From NCBI GenBank assembly GCA_001791305.1, contig MGEI01000004.1, positions 61,101-125,100 on the forward strand: a DNA stretch of 64,000 nucleotides. Direction: 5' to 3'. Positions 17,313 to 28,134 of the stretch are shown here, piece after piece; position 1 is the stretch's first letter, and every line of letters begins with the position of its first letter. The notes beneath the pieces are model-generated. The model was not told the origin of the DNA and did no database searches. It saw nothing but the letters and a program-made list of their open reading frames with translations. The stretch comes from Candidatus Uhrbacteria bacterium RIFCSPLOWO2_01_FULL_47_17. GTDB taxonomy: Bacteria > Patescibacteriota > Patescibacteriia > UBA9934 > GWF2-40-263. The position numbers were made by a program, and so were the translations under genes.

Positions 17313-18275
17313 ATGTTTAAGGATGTTCGTAAATTGGGAAAGAAAGCACGCAATGAAGTTTACGCGTGGCTTGGAACCATCGAATCGCTTTCGTACAAGG
17401 TTGATTGTATCACGGATCATATTCCGGAATATGCGCATCAGCATCTTTCTTTCGATCTTGGTACGTCTATTCCTGCTGCGTTGCGCGAAGGGCGTTTGCT
17501 TCTCCTGATTTTTCTTCGGACGAATGCATCTCTCGACGCTGGTTGGCATGTGCTTACCATTGACCGAGTCACCTGCCGAGTCGATCGATGGCTTTCTTCC
17601 GCGGAAGTTTTGAGGGATCCGAATGATGACTTTCCGTATCTCATCACCGTCGACGATGTGCGTCCGTCTCTTTCTGAAGCTCTTGAAGATCGCTCCGTGA
17701 TCCGCATCGTTCATTCGGCTGTTTCATTGTTGAGCCTTCCAATCGTTCTTGCGCGTTTTCCACTTGAGCGCGTGTATCGTACATGGTTTCAACATCGCCA
17801 AGAAGAGATCACTGCGTCGCAAGGGTACAGTCGTCGTTTTGCGTCCGTGGTCGCGTGCGTTGGTACACAACTCGACACCGAAACGCGTGCGGTTTTGCAA
17901 AAGTCCATGCTTGCGCTTTGGAAGTTTGAGCAATCCTTGAAACGTACCGTGGATGTAACAGAAGCGGAAACGGTTCTCATGCGTGCGGATGTGTGTGTGA
18001 CGCAGTCCAATAATCCGCTCGATTGGCAGCCATACGACCCGGGACCGCTTGTTGAATCCTGGGCGTGGACGGATCATGAGGGCGAAGTCATTGCGAGTGG
18101 ATGCGTGTATCAAGATCTTCAGGCGAAATCACTTGATGCAACAACAACACATTTGCGCGTCCTCGGTTCTTTTTTCGAAGGCGTAGATGCCGAGCAATTG
18201 TGCGCGTGTCATCACAAGAAAACCGTGATCGATAAGCGAAACGCATCCGTGCATCCGACAACCATTCAGGCTTAG
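17313..18275 (+). CDS. Hypothetical protein
   Basis: Own TTGACA..TACACT promoter, AAGGGGG SD, terminator at 18276-18301. Confidence 0.7.
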   Translation: MFKDVRKLGKKARNEVYAWLGTIESLSYKVDCITDHIPEYAHQHLSFDLGTSIPAALREGRLLLLIFLRTNASLDAGWHVLTIDRVTCRVDRWLSSAEVLRDPNDDFPYLITVDDVRPSLSEALEDRSVIRIVHSAVSLLSLPIVLARFPLERVYRTWFQHRQEEITASQGYSRRFASVVACVGTQLDTETRAVLQKSMLALWKFEQSLKRTVDVTEAETVLMRADVCVTQSNNPLDWQPYDPGPLVESWAWTDHEGEVIASGCVYQDLQAKSLDATTTHLRVLGSFFEGVDAEQLCACHHKKTVIDKRNASVHPTTIQA

Positions 18276-18279
18276 CCGC

Positions 18280-18925
18280 TCAAGAGATGAGCGGTTTTTT
18301 TGTTGGAAAATTATTTTTTCTCGAGATCACAGTTTTTTTTGTTTGTTTCTCGATTTGCGTTCGCGTTGAACGCGCGATCATTCCACCTTTTTTGACAGCT
18401 GTCGCGTTTTCTGCCAACCCCTGCGCATTGTCCGCACGAGCGATTTCCGTTGTCGTCGCTTCGGCAAGCGTATTTAAGACGAGCTCGAGTGTTGTCATGT
18501 GATCTCGTAAGTTCTGTTGTTTGAGTCCTTTGTGTGCGGCGAATATCCTTTTCTTAAATAGGTTTCCATGGCGCGATTGATGGATTTTTCAGGATCGTGT
18601 GTTTCCTCGATGCGTTCATAGCCAACCTGGGCCAACCATTGTTTGATGGGTTCAGCTTTTGGAGAATGAATGCTTTGTATAATACGAAGCATTGTTTCAA
18701 CATCCGTACATTCTGTTGGGTATTTTTTACCATCTTTAGCCTCAAACTTGAGCTTTACGATATTATCGTAAAGCTCAAAACCTTCTTCTTTTAGGCGGGT
18801 TTTAAGATCGTTCCAATAACGACTTGGGATACTACTTTCTGTAATAGCGCCAACAATATCAATGATACTCAAATACCACCGCTCATTGATTGTATCCCAA
18901 TATCGGCGTACTTCTTTATTTTCTA
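18280..18925 (-). pseudogene. Bro-N/phage antirepressor-like gene remnant
   Basis: EVRRYWD..WYLSIIDIVG, RIIQSIHSPKAEPIKQWLA and MTTLELVLNTLAEATT pieces in two frames; central part and start missing. Confidence 0.75.
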
Positions 18926-18977
18926 CATCAACCGTACGAGAAAATCGTACGGTTGATGTTTAAATTTTGGAATGAGT

Positions 18978-21131
18978 TTATAAAAACAATCGCGCAATTC
19001 TTAACTCCTCATACGTGTATTTCCCTTCAAGAATATTAAACACGGCCGTCAATAATTTTGTTGGTGAGGCTTGGAAGGCTTTTTCAATTTCGATAAATTG
19101 TTTTGCGGGTGGCTTTAGATGCATCACGTCGAGATCAGGATCTTCTTCGACTAATTTTAAAACATGTTGTACGACGGTACTTTTATTCAGCATGCGTTCT
19201 TTTGCTATTTGTTCGATATCAAATTTTTTTTCGAGAAGTTCCTTTGTTTTTTGAAACGTTGAACTCTCACGGCTTACGCTTGACGTACGCACATGCGGCG
19301 CATCGACATCCACTTCTTGTGTGCGTTCCGCAAGGTTGTGTGCCTTTGCATACACTTGTACGAGGAGCAAGAACTGTGTGCCGAATTGTTTCAGCTTGCG
19401 TTCGCCAACTCCAAAGATTTTGCCGAAGCTTGAAAGAGACCGCGGAAGATAATACGCGATTTCTTGCAACGTTTTGTCTCCAAAGATAACGAACGGCGGA
19501 ACGTTTTGTTCTTCCGCAATGGATCGACGGAGCGCACGCAGTTGCTCGAACAGCGCGGACTCATAAGGTAACACATTCTCGTTCGCGCCTTTTTTGGGTT
19601 GTATTGTGAGAGCAAAGGATTTTGGTTTCGGAAGCAGAATGGGTGTGCGATCGCGCAAACTGATCTTTCCGATCGTGCTCACGCCAATCGTGGGGAACTC
19701 ACCCATTTGTTTCACGAGATATTTTTTGACGAGCAACAAATCCACATACTCACGTAAACGATTCATGGGAACGTCTTTTGCGACGCCGTAGACCGAGAGT
19801 TGATCATGATGATTCTCAAGAATCTTTTTTTGTTTTGAACCTCGAAGCACGTCGCAAATGTATGCAAGTCCAAATCGTTCGCCGGTTCTGAGAACGGCAG
19901 AAAGAATTTTCTGCGCGACTTCTGTCGCATCATGAATTTCTTCCGGCTCGCTTGAGCAGTTGTCACATGTTCCGCAATTCTCGAGCTCAACAGGTTCGCC
20001 AAAATACTCGAGGAGGAATTTTCGTCTGCACGATCGGAGTTCTCCGTATTCAATCACTTGCGAAAGTTTTTTCTCGGCGAGTGCGCGTTCGCGATCGTCA
20101 TCAATTTGTTGAATAAAGAAATCCTGTTTGCGCTTGTCGCCATATGAGTAAAACAAAACACAATCGCTTGGTAAACTGTCGCGACCCGCACGTCCGGTTT
20201 CTTGGTAATACCCTTCGACGGTTTTTGGAAGATCCATGTGAACGACAAGTCGAACATCCGGCTTGTCGATTCCCATTCCGAATGCAATTGTTGCAACAAT
20301 GATCGAGACTTGATCGCGTATGAATCGCTCCTGAGTCCTCGAACGAACATCCGCCGAGAGACCTGCATGATAAGCTGCGGATGTAAATCCGGCTTTGTTT
20401 AAATCAACCGCGAGGGATTCTGTATCTTTTCGAGAAAAACAATAGATGATGATGGATTCGCCTTTATGTGCCTTCAGAAGCTCGATAAGCTGTCCGAACG
20501 ACTGGAGTTTCGGCTTCACGGTGTAATGAAGATTTGGTCGGTTGTGACTCGACAAGAACACAAATGCGTCCGGCATGTCGAGCTCGGCGAGAATATCTTT
20601 GCGCACGCGCATGGTGGCGGTTGCGGTGAGTGCAACGACGGGAACATTCGGAAATGATCGCTTCAACTCTTTGAGGTTTCGATATTCTGGACGGAAATCA
20701 TGCCCCCATTCGGAAATACAGTGAGCTTCATCAATCGCAAGCAAGCTCACGCGTAAAGATCGCAAAAACAACTGGAATTCCACGCGCGCGAGGCGCTCTG
20801 GAGCGATATACAAAATCTTCAGCGCGCCCGAGCGTGCTTCAGCTTGGATATCTTCGATCTCCGCTTGGTCAAGAGAACTGTTGAGGTACGCGGCATTAAT
20901 GCCGTTTGCTCGGAGCGTATCTACCTGATCTTTCATGAGCGCGATGAGTGGAGAGATCACAAGAGTGAGCCCTTCAAACATAAGCGCGGGCAATTGAAAA
21001 CACAAAGATTTCCCGCCACCCGTAGGCATGAGGACGAGCGTATTTTTCTTTTCAAGAATGTTTAAGATGATTTCCTTCTGCAATGGACGGAATTCATCGT
21101 AACCAAAATAGGTTTTTAATGTTTCATGCAT
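18978..21131 (-). CDS. recQ: ATP-dependent DNA helicase RecQ
   Basis: [34 protein letters not shown] and HRDC domains. Confidence 0.97.
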   Translation of the reverse strand: MHETLKTYFGYDEFRPLQKEIILNILEKKNTLVLMPTGGGKSLCFQLPALMFEGLTLVISPLIALMKDQVDTLRANGINAAYLNSSLDQAEIEDIQAEARSGALKILYIAPERLARVEFQLFLRSLRVSLLAIDEAHCISEWGHDFRPEYRNLKELKRSFPNVPVVALTATATMRVRKDILAELDMPDAFVFLSSHNRPNLHYTVKPKLQSFGQLIELLKAHKGESIIIYCFSRKDTESLAVDLNKAGFTSAAYHAGLSADVRSRTQERFIRDQVSIIVATIAFGMGIDKPDVRLVVHMDLPKTVEGYYQETGRAGRDSLPSDCVLFYSYGDKRKQDFFIQQIDDDRERALAEKKLSQVIEYGELRSCRRKFLLEYFGEPVELENCGTCDNCSSEPEEIHDATEVAQKILSAVLRTGERFGLAYICDVLRGSKQKKILENHHDQLSVYGVAKDVPMNRLREYVDLLLVKKYLVKQMGEFPTIGVSTIGKISLRDRTPILLPKPKSFALTIQPKKGANENVLPYESALFEQLRALRRSIAEEQNVPPFVIFGDKTLQEIAYYLPRSLSSFGKIFGVGERKLKQFGTQFLLLVQVYAKAHNLAERTQEVDVDAPHVRTSSVSRESSTFQKTKELLEKKFDIEQIAKERMLNKSTVVQHVLKLVEEDPDLDVMHLKPPAKQFIEIEKAFQASPTKLLTAVFNILEGKYTYEELRIARLFL

Positions 21132-21279
21132 AAAAAAATACGCCGGCAGTGACGCGTGGCGTTTTGTGAATCGCTTATAGAGTGAGTTTAGAAGTTTTTT
21201 TCTGTTTTGTCAAACGCGATTGGGGATAAAAAAATACACGAGGTTTACTTCGTGTATTTTTTTTGCATCGACGAATCGA

Positions 21280-21396
21280 TTACGCAGCCGCTTCTTCTGT
21301 TGCTTCTGCTTCTGGAGCGGCTTCTGGTGCAGCTGTTTCTTCAACAACTTCTTCTGCATCGGTAGCGGCTACATCCTCTGTTGTTTCGTCTTGCAT
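21280..21396 (-). CDS. Acidic 38-aa micropeptide (MQDETTEDVAATDAEEVVEETAAPEAAPEAEATEEAAA)
   Basis: Open frame with TTGACA-17-CACACT upstream and hairpin terminator at about 21229-21264. Confidence 0.55.
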   Translation of the reverse strand: MQDETTEDVAATDAEEVVEETAAPEAAPEAEATEEAAA

Positions 21397-21486
21397 AAGG
21401 TTCTTTGCATGAATGAGGGTGCAAGTGTGTCATGGATGAAAGGATGTGTCAATGAAAAAACCACCCGAAGCCTTGGCGTAGGGTGG

Positions 21487-22827
21487 TTAGGGAATGGACT
21501 TCAAGGCTTCGTCGAACCGGTTGATGGCGGCGATGGTGATCGCCGGATCTTGGGCGTAGGAGAAGCGGATGAAGTTTGGTTGGAGAAACGGCGTGCCGTG
21601 GACGACCGCGATGCCATGCTCGCACGCGAGGTAGCTTCCGAGGTCTTTCACGGTTTCAATGTGTGTGGTTGTGTTTGCGAGCGCGCCATTGAAGAATTGA
21701 TCCGGGCGCAGTCCTCGCCCGAGCCATTTCGTCACGTCCACAAAGGCGTAGTAGCCTTGGTCGGCGATCGAGGTGTACCCGCGCGCGGTCATTTCACGGC
21801 GAAAGATGTTGCGACTCGCACTCGTGCGTTTCGTGATGCGTTTCACCCAAGGGTGATTGCGCACGTCCGAACTTGAGTAGACCTCGAGGGCACACGCTTC
21901 GCCCAGAACGTTCGGCAGAACGGTGTGCGAGGCGATGCCTTGGATGGTTTTTGCGAATTTTTCGTCACCGCATGCGAGATGTGCCATGCGCACATTGCTT
22001 GCACCGACGGACTTTGTGAGGCCATCGAGAAGCGTCACACATGCGCGATCTTCTGCAGAGAAGGATCCGAGAATTTCGGCCCAATCGTAGAGCGGGACAT
22101 CGTCGTCGATCACGAGTTGGTACATGAGATCGATGAGGATGTATTTGATGCCATGAAATCGTGCGCGCTCGATGAGCGTTTTGATTTCATTTGGCGAATA
22201 CCACGCACCTGTTGGATTGTCCGGAGTGGTGATGATGAGCGCATCGGCTGTGCCGCACAGGCCGAGGCATGCGGTGATGCCATCGGGCGTCATGCGCAGA
22301 TTCGTTTTGCTCTGAGCCGGAGCGCAAAGCAGATTGAATCCGTTTACATACGTCCCGTGGGCGTAGGAAACCCACGGTGCTGCGGATGTGACGACTGTGA
22401 GGCCGATTTTGCCGGTGAGCATGTGGATTGCCTGATACCACTTTTGAAGGGCATCACGACCGCCGTCTGTCACGAGAATGTTGTCGGGAGTCAGACCAAT
22501 TCGGTCGAGTTTCCAGAAATTCTCGAGCAGAGCCTGTCGAACACGCAGACTTCCGTTTGGAGATCCGTACGCCGTTGTTTGCGTGTTTGGCAAGAAGAGA
22601 ACGAGCGCGTTTGCAAGTTCGTCAGGACGAATCCCGCTGAGTGTTGCTCCGCCGTCACCTTGAGAGGCGTCATAGACGGGCGACTCTGGATGCTGTCGTG
22701 TGTACACCCCCAGTTCCGACTTGATGAGGAACATGTTCGAGATCGGGAGTTGCCGACGCATGGAGGCGACCGGTCGAATCAGTGCTTTCTCAGGGTCAAA
22801 CCAACGCGCGACTTGGGACATGAGCAT
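21487..22827 (-). CDS. PLP-dependent aminotransferase class I/II
   Basis: PDNPTG, DLMY, GLTKS..RM PLP-lysine motif. Confidence 0.88.
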   Translation of the reverse strand: MLMSQVARWFDPEKALIRPVASMRRQLPISNMFLIKSELGVYTRQHPESPVYDASQGDGGATLSGIRPDELANALVLFLPNTQTTAYGSPNGSLRVRQALLENFWKLDRIGLTPDNILVTDGGRDALQKWYQAIHMLTGKIGLTVVTSAAPWVSYAHGTYVNGFNLLCAPAQSKTNLRMTPDGITACLGLCGTADALIITTPDNPTGAWYSPNEIKTLIERARFHGIKYILIDLMYQLVIDDDVPLYDWAEILGSFSAEDRACVTLLDGLTKSVGASNVRMAHLACGDEKFAKTIQGIASHTVLPNVLGEACALEVYSSSDVRNHPWVKRITKRTSASRNIFRREMTARGYTSIADQGYYAFVDVTKWLGRGLRPDQFFNGALANTTTHIETVKDLGSYLACEHGIAVVHGTPFLQPNFIRFSYAQDPAITIAAINRFDEALKSIP

Positions 22828-23091
22828 TTTCTTCCTTTGTCCTCATGAAATTGAGGCGGCGGTACTTTAAACTAAATGGGATGATTTGTCCAAATCAGCC
22901 AAGTGTTGTAAAACAATACTATTAATTCTCTGAATGTTTTTATGTTTGGAAAAAATGAATCAAAAACAAAAACAACACATGATAATTTAAGAAAAAAGGT
23001 GTTCAACATGTTTGATAGAATGAGGGGTGAGTGTTTTTTCAAAAAAGCCGCATAAAAAAGACTCCCCGTCGCCGAAAGGCTATGGGGAGTT

Positions 23092-24147
23092 TTAGGTATA
23101 AGCCTCTTCGAATACCCGAAAGGCATTGATGGCCGTGTTGAGGAGGTCCTTGTGAAGACAGAGTTCGTCACAAAGGAGAAAACGTTTGTAGCCGATCTCG
23201 GCGAGCCAAGCGAGCTCAGAGAAGTCAGCACAGGACGGGGTTGGGTCGTGAAAGATGCGCACGATCAGGTCGAGAAGGTTCGGATCCTGAGCATGCGCAT
23301 GAATAGCCTGTAGCGCGCGGAGTTTTTCCGGTGGCGGCATGGCGCGTGTTGCAATCGAGAGCAAGATTCGTGAACCTACGCAGGCTTCCGGGTCTTTTTT
23401 GATAATCAGCTTCACAGCCTTCAGAATATCGTGCGGTCGCTGCACTTCGATGAAGAGATCTCCACGAGCTGCCGCGAGTACCACACCATCCGTCTTTTTG
23501 AATGCATTCTCAACGAACCGCAATCCTTTTTCGTTTTCGATCTTGAGCCAGAGTTCCGCGTCTTGTCCGACGAGTTCTCGAAGTTGATCGACATCCGATT
23601 GGGATTCCGTGTAGGAGAGAAAAAATCGGGTGAACCCCGCACGTTTCGCCGCCTCAATCTTGCGAAGCTCGTGATCTGTGAACAGATTTCCGAGGACTTC
23701 GAGACTGGGGTGTCGAATATGCAGAGATTCACCGTGATTCACTTTGTATTTCGGGCCGAACGTTCGGCCGTCTTTGAAGATCAATCTTCGACCACCGTCT
23801 TCGATCCAATCCAGTGTTGCAAAGTCCGCACCGGCCTTGAAGGCAACAATGCGAGCGCTTGGATCACGCAGATCGATACGAATCGGATGGTTCAATATGA
23901 CTTCGAGGTGACCTTCGTGCTCGCGAGCTTCCTCGACGCGCAGTTGGCGACCTTTGACGTCGTAGAACAGGGGAACGGGCGCGTCACGAACTTGTAGGTT
24001 CGAGATCGCCGCTTCCAATTCTTCGATCGGAGCCGTGGCCGGATTCACCCGGATTCCGTCGAGACGCGCATCAATTGCGAACTCGGGGAAGTGGGCGAAT
24101 CCGGGCCACAGCGTTGCGATCAACTCAAATGAGTGATCCGACATCAT
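23092..24147 (-). CDS. Pyruvate-kinase-like TIM-barrel protein (lacks PK C-terminal domain)
   Basis: IATLWP, DVKGRQLR, KIEN..G, AARGDLFIE. Confidence 0.75.
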   Translation of the reverse strand: MMSDHSFELIATLWPGFAHFPEFAIDARLDGIRVNPATAPIEELEAAISNLQVRDAPVPLFYDVKGRQLRVEEAREHEGHLEVILNHPIRIDLRDPSARIVAFKAGADFATLDWIEDGGRRLIFKDGRTFGPKYKVNHGESLHIRHPSLEVLGNLFTDHELRKIEAAKRAGFTRFFLSYTESQSDVDQLRELVGQDAELWLKIENEKGLRFVENAFKKTDGVVLAAARGDLFIEVQRPHDILKAVKLIIKKDPEACVGSRILLSIATRAMPPPEKLRALQAIHAHAQDPNLLDLIVRIFHDPTPSCADFSELAWLAEIGYKRFLLCDELCLHKDLLNTAINAFRVFEEAYT

Positions 24148-25081
24148 TCCCCTCGTCATCCAACCCGTGGGTGATCGAGCGGCCGTCGGAGACCGCGTTC
24201 GCGAAGATCGGCTTCAGCGCCGCCATGACGACACGCACTTGCTCGGGCGTCTGACGACTCTCAAGTTCGCGCTTGAACGCTTCGATCTTGCCGGAGTAAT
24301 GACCGAGAATGCCGAAGATCACGTCCACGATGCGGTTCTCATCCGGAAGCAGAGCAATGTGATCCGCGCCGATGAGATCTTCCCAAGTCTTCGTGATCCA
24401 TGCCTGATCGCTGCTGCTGTCATACGGCTTTTGGATGAGGTACACGGAGAATTTCCGTGTGAGCTCTGCGAACACTTCCTTCGTGGTCATCTTCTTGTCG
24501 ATTTTCACACGTGCAATATCACGCGCACGCGCGACCGTCACTTCATCATACGGCGCTTCGTCCGTGTTGAAGATCACAATCGGCTTGCGGCTTTGGTTTG
24601 GCACATGCACGTTGCGTGCGATGTAGAGTGCCGCGAGTTCGGAAGTCTCATGACCGCCGCCTCCGCCACCTTTCGTGTGAACCAGTTCGCCGAGCCGAAC
24701 TTCGTGTCCTGCTTTCCCGCGCGTGAATTCACGCACTTGGAGCGGATACCGCTCGTTGTGCATTGCGTCACCGAATGCGCAGAATGCGACGTCTGTATCT
24801 TCGGAAAGATACATCGTGCGCAGTTCGTGATCTAGGTACAAGGCTTTCGTGCGTACCGTGATCGGCCAGCTCGACATCGAACCAGTCATGTCGTTTACGA
24901 GCAGGAGAGCGTTCTCTGCCGCGGTCGTGATGGATTCCGGGAGCAAATCCCAATCCTTCGTGCCTTTCTGTTCCGCTTCCGCATAGCTGCGATTTGCATC
25001 ATGCGTGTACGTTGCGCGGGCCCGCGGCGGATCATAGTCCGGCATCCAGCTTGAACCTTTGTAGTTAGATGATTCACTCAT
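24125..25081 (-). CDS. vWA-domain protein
   Basis: MIDAS-like DMTGSM, GGGG..E.SEL, TDEAPY. Confidence 0.8.
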   Translation of the reverse strand: MSESSNYKGSSWMPDYDPPRARATYTHDANRSYAEAEQKGTKDWDLLPESITTAAENALLLVNDMTGSMSSWPITVRTKALYLDHELRTMYLSEDTDVAFCAFGDAMHNERYPLQVREFTRGKAGHEVRLGELVHTKGGGGGGHETSELAALYIARNVHVPNQSRKPIVIFNTDEAPYDEVTVARARDIARVKIDKKMTTKEVFAELTRKFSVYLIQKPYDSSSDQAWITKTWEDLIGADHIALLPDENRIVDVIFGILGHYSGKIEAFKRELESRQTPEQVRVVMAALKPIFANAVSDGRSITHGLDDEGNDVGSLI

Positions 25082-26355
25082 GGCACACTCCTGATCGGGT
25101 TTTCACCCGGGTTGAACAACTCACGGCCAAACGTTTTGCGCCGCAAGCTGCGTGTAAAATCGAACAGTCGATCCGCGTACTGCGGGCGATGTTCGATCTT
25201 CTTTTCGATCAATCGCTTGATCAGATCGGAAAGAACAGGGGGAACATGATCGGGGAAATGATCTTCGTCCACCGCACTCATGTTTCCACCGTTCAACAGA
25301 TACAACGCAACTTTTCCAAGCGCGTAGATATCCATCTGACGAATCGGCGGCTCACCACGTACTTGCTCAAGCGGAGCGAAGTGGTCGGTGTAGCCAAGCG
25401 AACTCGATGCATCCGTCGGCTTCACACTCGCAAGACCAAAGTCCACGAGCGAAACCGCATACGTCTGTTCGTTCACAATGATGTTCTGCGGCTTCAGATC
25501 GCTGTGGATTACACCGTGTACATGCAAGTATTGCAAGATGTTCATCAAGCGTTCAAGAATCCATGCAACGCTTTCCGGATGGATCGCGCCGTCACGTTTC
25601 ACAATCGCTTCGAGCGTCTCGCCTGGAATGTAGCTCATCACGATCGCGAGCGTTCCGTCTTCAAGACGAATCACACGACGAATCGCGGGAATGCCATGAT
25701 GACGCAGATCCCACATCTTGCGCGCTTCGTCGAGCAGATTGGCTTGGCGTGCAGCGTTCAGTTTGGAGCAGTGCTTTACACAAACGGGTTTCTCGACTGT
25801 GAGATCCGTTGCAAGATAGGTGCGACCAATCGCGCCTTCTGCAATGAATTTCTCAATCTGATACTCGCCACCAATGATGCGCTTTGCGGCATCTTTGGGT
25901 TTTGCGGGTGCCGCGTCGATTGTTTTCGTTGGGATGTGGTCGCAGTAGAGACAGGCGTTGCCTGGATCATCTGTGCGAATGACACCACCGCGTTCATAGA
26001 TAGGGAACTCACCACAGCGCTTGTTTTCACAAGGCTCGGTTTGTTCCATAATCTGCGCAATCATATTGACCACGCGCAAAACTTGCACACTCGGAACATT
26101 GATTCCAGTCGCTTGCACCGCACGCGTAAACGCTTCGGTATTTGCGAGGTCGAAAATGTCGCCGAAGGTAAAGGTCTTCAAGGCTCGTTCACCAAGAGCG
26201 TGAACCAGAATTTCGTTTGTGTCTCGAGAGGATGTCTCAAGAACACGTGAAATGAGTTTCTCAAGCGCCTTTCGCTTGTAATCCGGCACTTCTCTTGTGC
26301 GCGCGAGTTCATTTGGACTGAAGTCTCCGGGCATCTGTTCTCCTATTTGTTCCAT
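25078..26355 (-). CDS. Ser/Thr protein kinase with N-terminal Cys-containing region
   Basis: IAEGAIG, VCVK, HSDLKPQN, DFG, APLE. Confidence 0.9.
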   Translation of the reverse strand: MEQIGEQMPGDFSPNELARTREVPDYKRKALEKLISRVLETSSRDTNEILVHALGERALKTFTFGDIFDLANTEAFTRAVQATGINVPSVQVLRVVNMIAQIMEQTEPCENKRCGEFPIYERGGVIRTDDPGNACLYCDHIPTKTIDAAPAKPKDAAKRIIGGEYQIEKFIAEGAIGRTYLATDLTVEKPVCVKHCSKLNAARQANLLDEARKMWDLRHHGIPAIRRVIRLEDGTLAIVMSYIPGETLEAIVKRDGAIHPESVAWILERLMNILQYLHVHGVIHSDLKPQNIIVNEQTYAVSLVDFGLASVKPTDASSSLGYTDHFAPLEQVRGEPPIRQMDIYALGKVALYLLNGGNMSAVDEDHFPDHVPPVLSDLIKRLIEKKIEHRPQYADRLFDFTRSLRRKTFGRELFNPGENPIRSVP

Positions 26356-26438
26356 TTGAAAGGAACTGGCCTTATCTTACGTATTTTCGGCTTTGCGTCA
26401 AATGGTGTGTGTTGTCGAAAAGAAAAACAAAACTCCCA

Positions 26439-27614
26439 TTACGGGAGTTTTTCTTCTAGATTTGCACTTTCATTCTTAATCAATTGTCCGCATGCGGCGT
26501 CGATCTCGGAACCTTTCGAGTAACGGATCGTGTACGTCACACCGTTCTTTTCGAGAACATGTCCGAACGCTTCGATCGTTTCCGCTTCACTCGATGTGTA
26601 GCCACTTTCCGTAAAATTGAATGGGATGAGGTTTACGCGAATTTTTCCAATGCGGTTCACGAACACCGCGAGTTGCTTTGCGGCGGGAAGAGAATCGTTT
26701 ACACCTTTCAACATCACATATTCAAACGTAAGGTGATGGCGGCGGTTGCCGAATTTTTTCAAGTATTTGCGTGTCCATTCGTCGAGCTTTGGAAGGAACT
26801 CGTCGTAGGATGTTTTGACGATCTCTTTTCGAACCTTTGTATCCGCACTGTGAAGAGAAACAGCCATGCGCACGTGCGGCCATTCTGCGTCCGTCAGGAT
26901 TTGCTCGAGACGAGGCAAGATGCCGACGGTCGAGACCGTGATGTGTGTGAGTCCAATGTCGGTCTGCGCGATAATTGTATTCAAACTTGCTTTTGTGTTT
27001 TCATAGTTCGCGAGCGGCTCACCCATGCCCATGTACACAATATTACTGATGCGACCGTGATCAACAACGCGCGGCGTTTCTGTTTGTGCCGAGTCTTCCT
27101 CTTCTTCGTCATCAAGCTCGAAGGCGTCTTGTTGTTTTGGTGCTGGTTTCGAGGAACCCTCGCTCTTTGTAATCTCTGGATGGTCTTTCAAAAAATACTT
27201 CCACAAACGGATTTGGTCGACGATTTCATCCGTATCGAGGTTTCGAGTCAGTCCCATTTTTCCGGTCGCGCAGAACGAACAGGCCATGGCACAGCCGATC
27301 TGAGTCGAGACACAGATGGTCCATTGCTCGCGGCGGTTTTTCATGAGGACCGTCTCGATATACTTGTCGCCTTCGACTTTCACGATAGCCTTGAACGTTT
27401 CTTTTTTGGAATCATTCTGGATCAATTGTGTTGTAAGCGAAATGAAGGGAACGTCCGCTTCGAGTTTTTCGCGCATGTCTTTTGGCAACGTCGAAACATC
27501 CGCCCAAGAGCGAACAGAGACATCAAACAATGCGGTTTCAACTTGCTTCAAGCGAAACGCTTTCATGTCCGGAAAGAGGGATTGGATTTTTTCAGCTCGT
27601 GAAATATAGGACAT
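26439..27614 (-). CDS. rlmN: Radical SAM rRNA/tRNA methyltransferase RlmN
   Basis: CAMACSFC, MGMGEP, IDAACGQL. Confidence 0.93.
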   Translation of the reverse strand: MSYISRAEKIQSLFPDMKAFRLKQVETALFDVSVRSWADVSTLPKDMREKLEADVPFISLTTQLIQNDSKKETFKAIVKVEGDKYIETVLMKNRREQWTICVSTQIGCAMACSFCATGKMGLTRNLDTDEIVDQIRLWKYFLKDHPEITKSEGSSKPAPKQQDAFELDDEEEEDSAQTETPRVVDHGRISNIVYMGMGEPLANYENTKASLNTIIAQTDIGLTHITVSTVGILPRLEQILTDAEWPHVRMAVSLHSADTKVRKEIVKTSYDEFLPKLDEWTRKYLKKFGNRRHHLTFEYVMLKGVNDSLPAAKQLAVFVNRIGKIRVNLIPFNFTESGYTSSEAETIEAFGHVLEKNGVTYTIRYSKGSEIDAACGQLIKNESANLEEKLP

Positions 27615-27784
27615 AGATGGGGTTACCCCTCTCCCTTCCGAGGGGGAGGGCATGGGTGGGGGTATTATTCACCGCAGAATGCCCGAAAAACTTGAATCCG
27701 TCAAAGAATCGATTGACAAACATTCATTTTTGGCGTATCGTTGCGTTTCAGAATCGTTCATTTGACCCAAAACGGAGCGTTCTC

Positions 27785-28045
27785 ATGAAGCGTGTTTCCA
27801 CTTTGATCCTGATCCTTGCGATCCTCGGTGTGATCGGTGATTGCATCGGCATCTACAATGGCGGCATCAATCTTGATCGGCACATCCCGTTTCTGCTTCC
27901 GGCTGTGTTCCTCTTGTTCTGGTTCATGCTCGCATGGGCTGAGAACCGCCCAACAAATCGTTTGCAGAGCGAAACTCCCGCAAACGACGACGGGATTCCA
28001 GAGCACGCAAGAATGCGCGCAAACACCCCTGACGGTCTCGGCTAG
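27785..28045 (+). CDS. Small two-TM hypothetical protein
   Basis: GGAG SD, TTGACA promoter upstream, terminator downstream. Confidence 0.6.
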   Translation: MKRVSTLILILAILGVIGDCIGIYNGGINLDRHIPFLLPAVFLLFWFMLAWAENRPTNRLQSETPANDDGIPEHARMRANTPDGLG

Positions 28046-28134
28046 TTTCTCAACCCTGAACATCTCGTTCAGGGTTTTTCTTTGCCAACAAAAAAAATCC
28101 TCCGGCACATAGCCAGAGGATTTTTTTTGTTGCG

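Noticed and set aside
16363-18925. Prophage integrated at tRNA-Trp
   Set aside because: No integrase, structural genes or att duplication seen; only a Bro-N remnant
21132-21165. Riboswitch upstream of recQ (short hairpin plus U-run before ATG)
   Set aside because: Very short, with no aptamer consensus; AT-rich start contexts are normal here
21925-27602. Long plus-strand ORFs opposite the aminotransferase, kinase and rlmN
   Set aside because: Antisense frames without recognisable motifs
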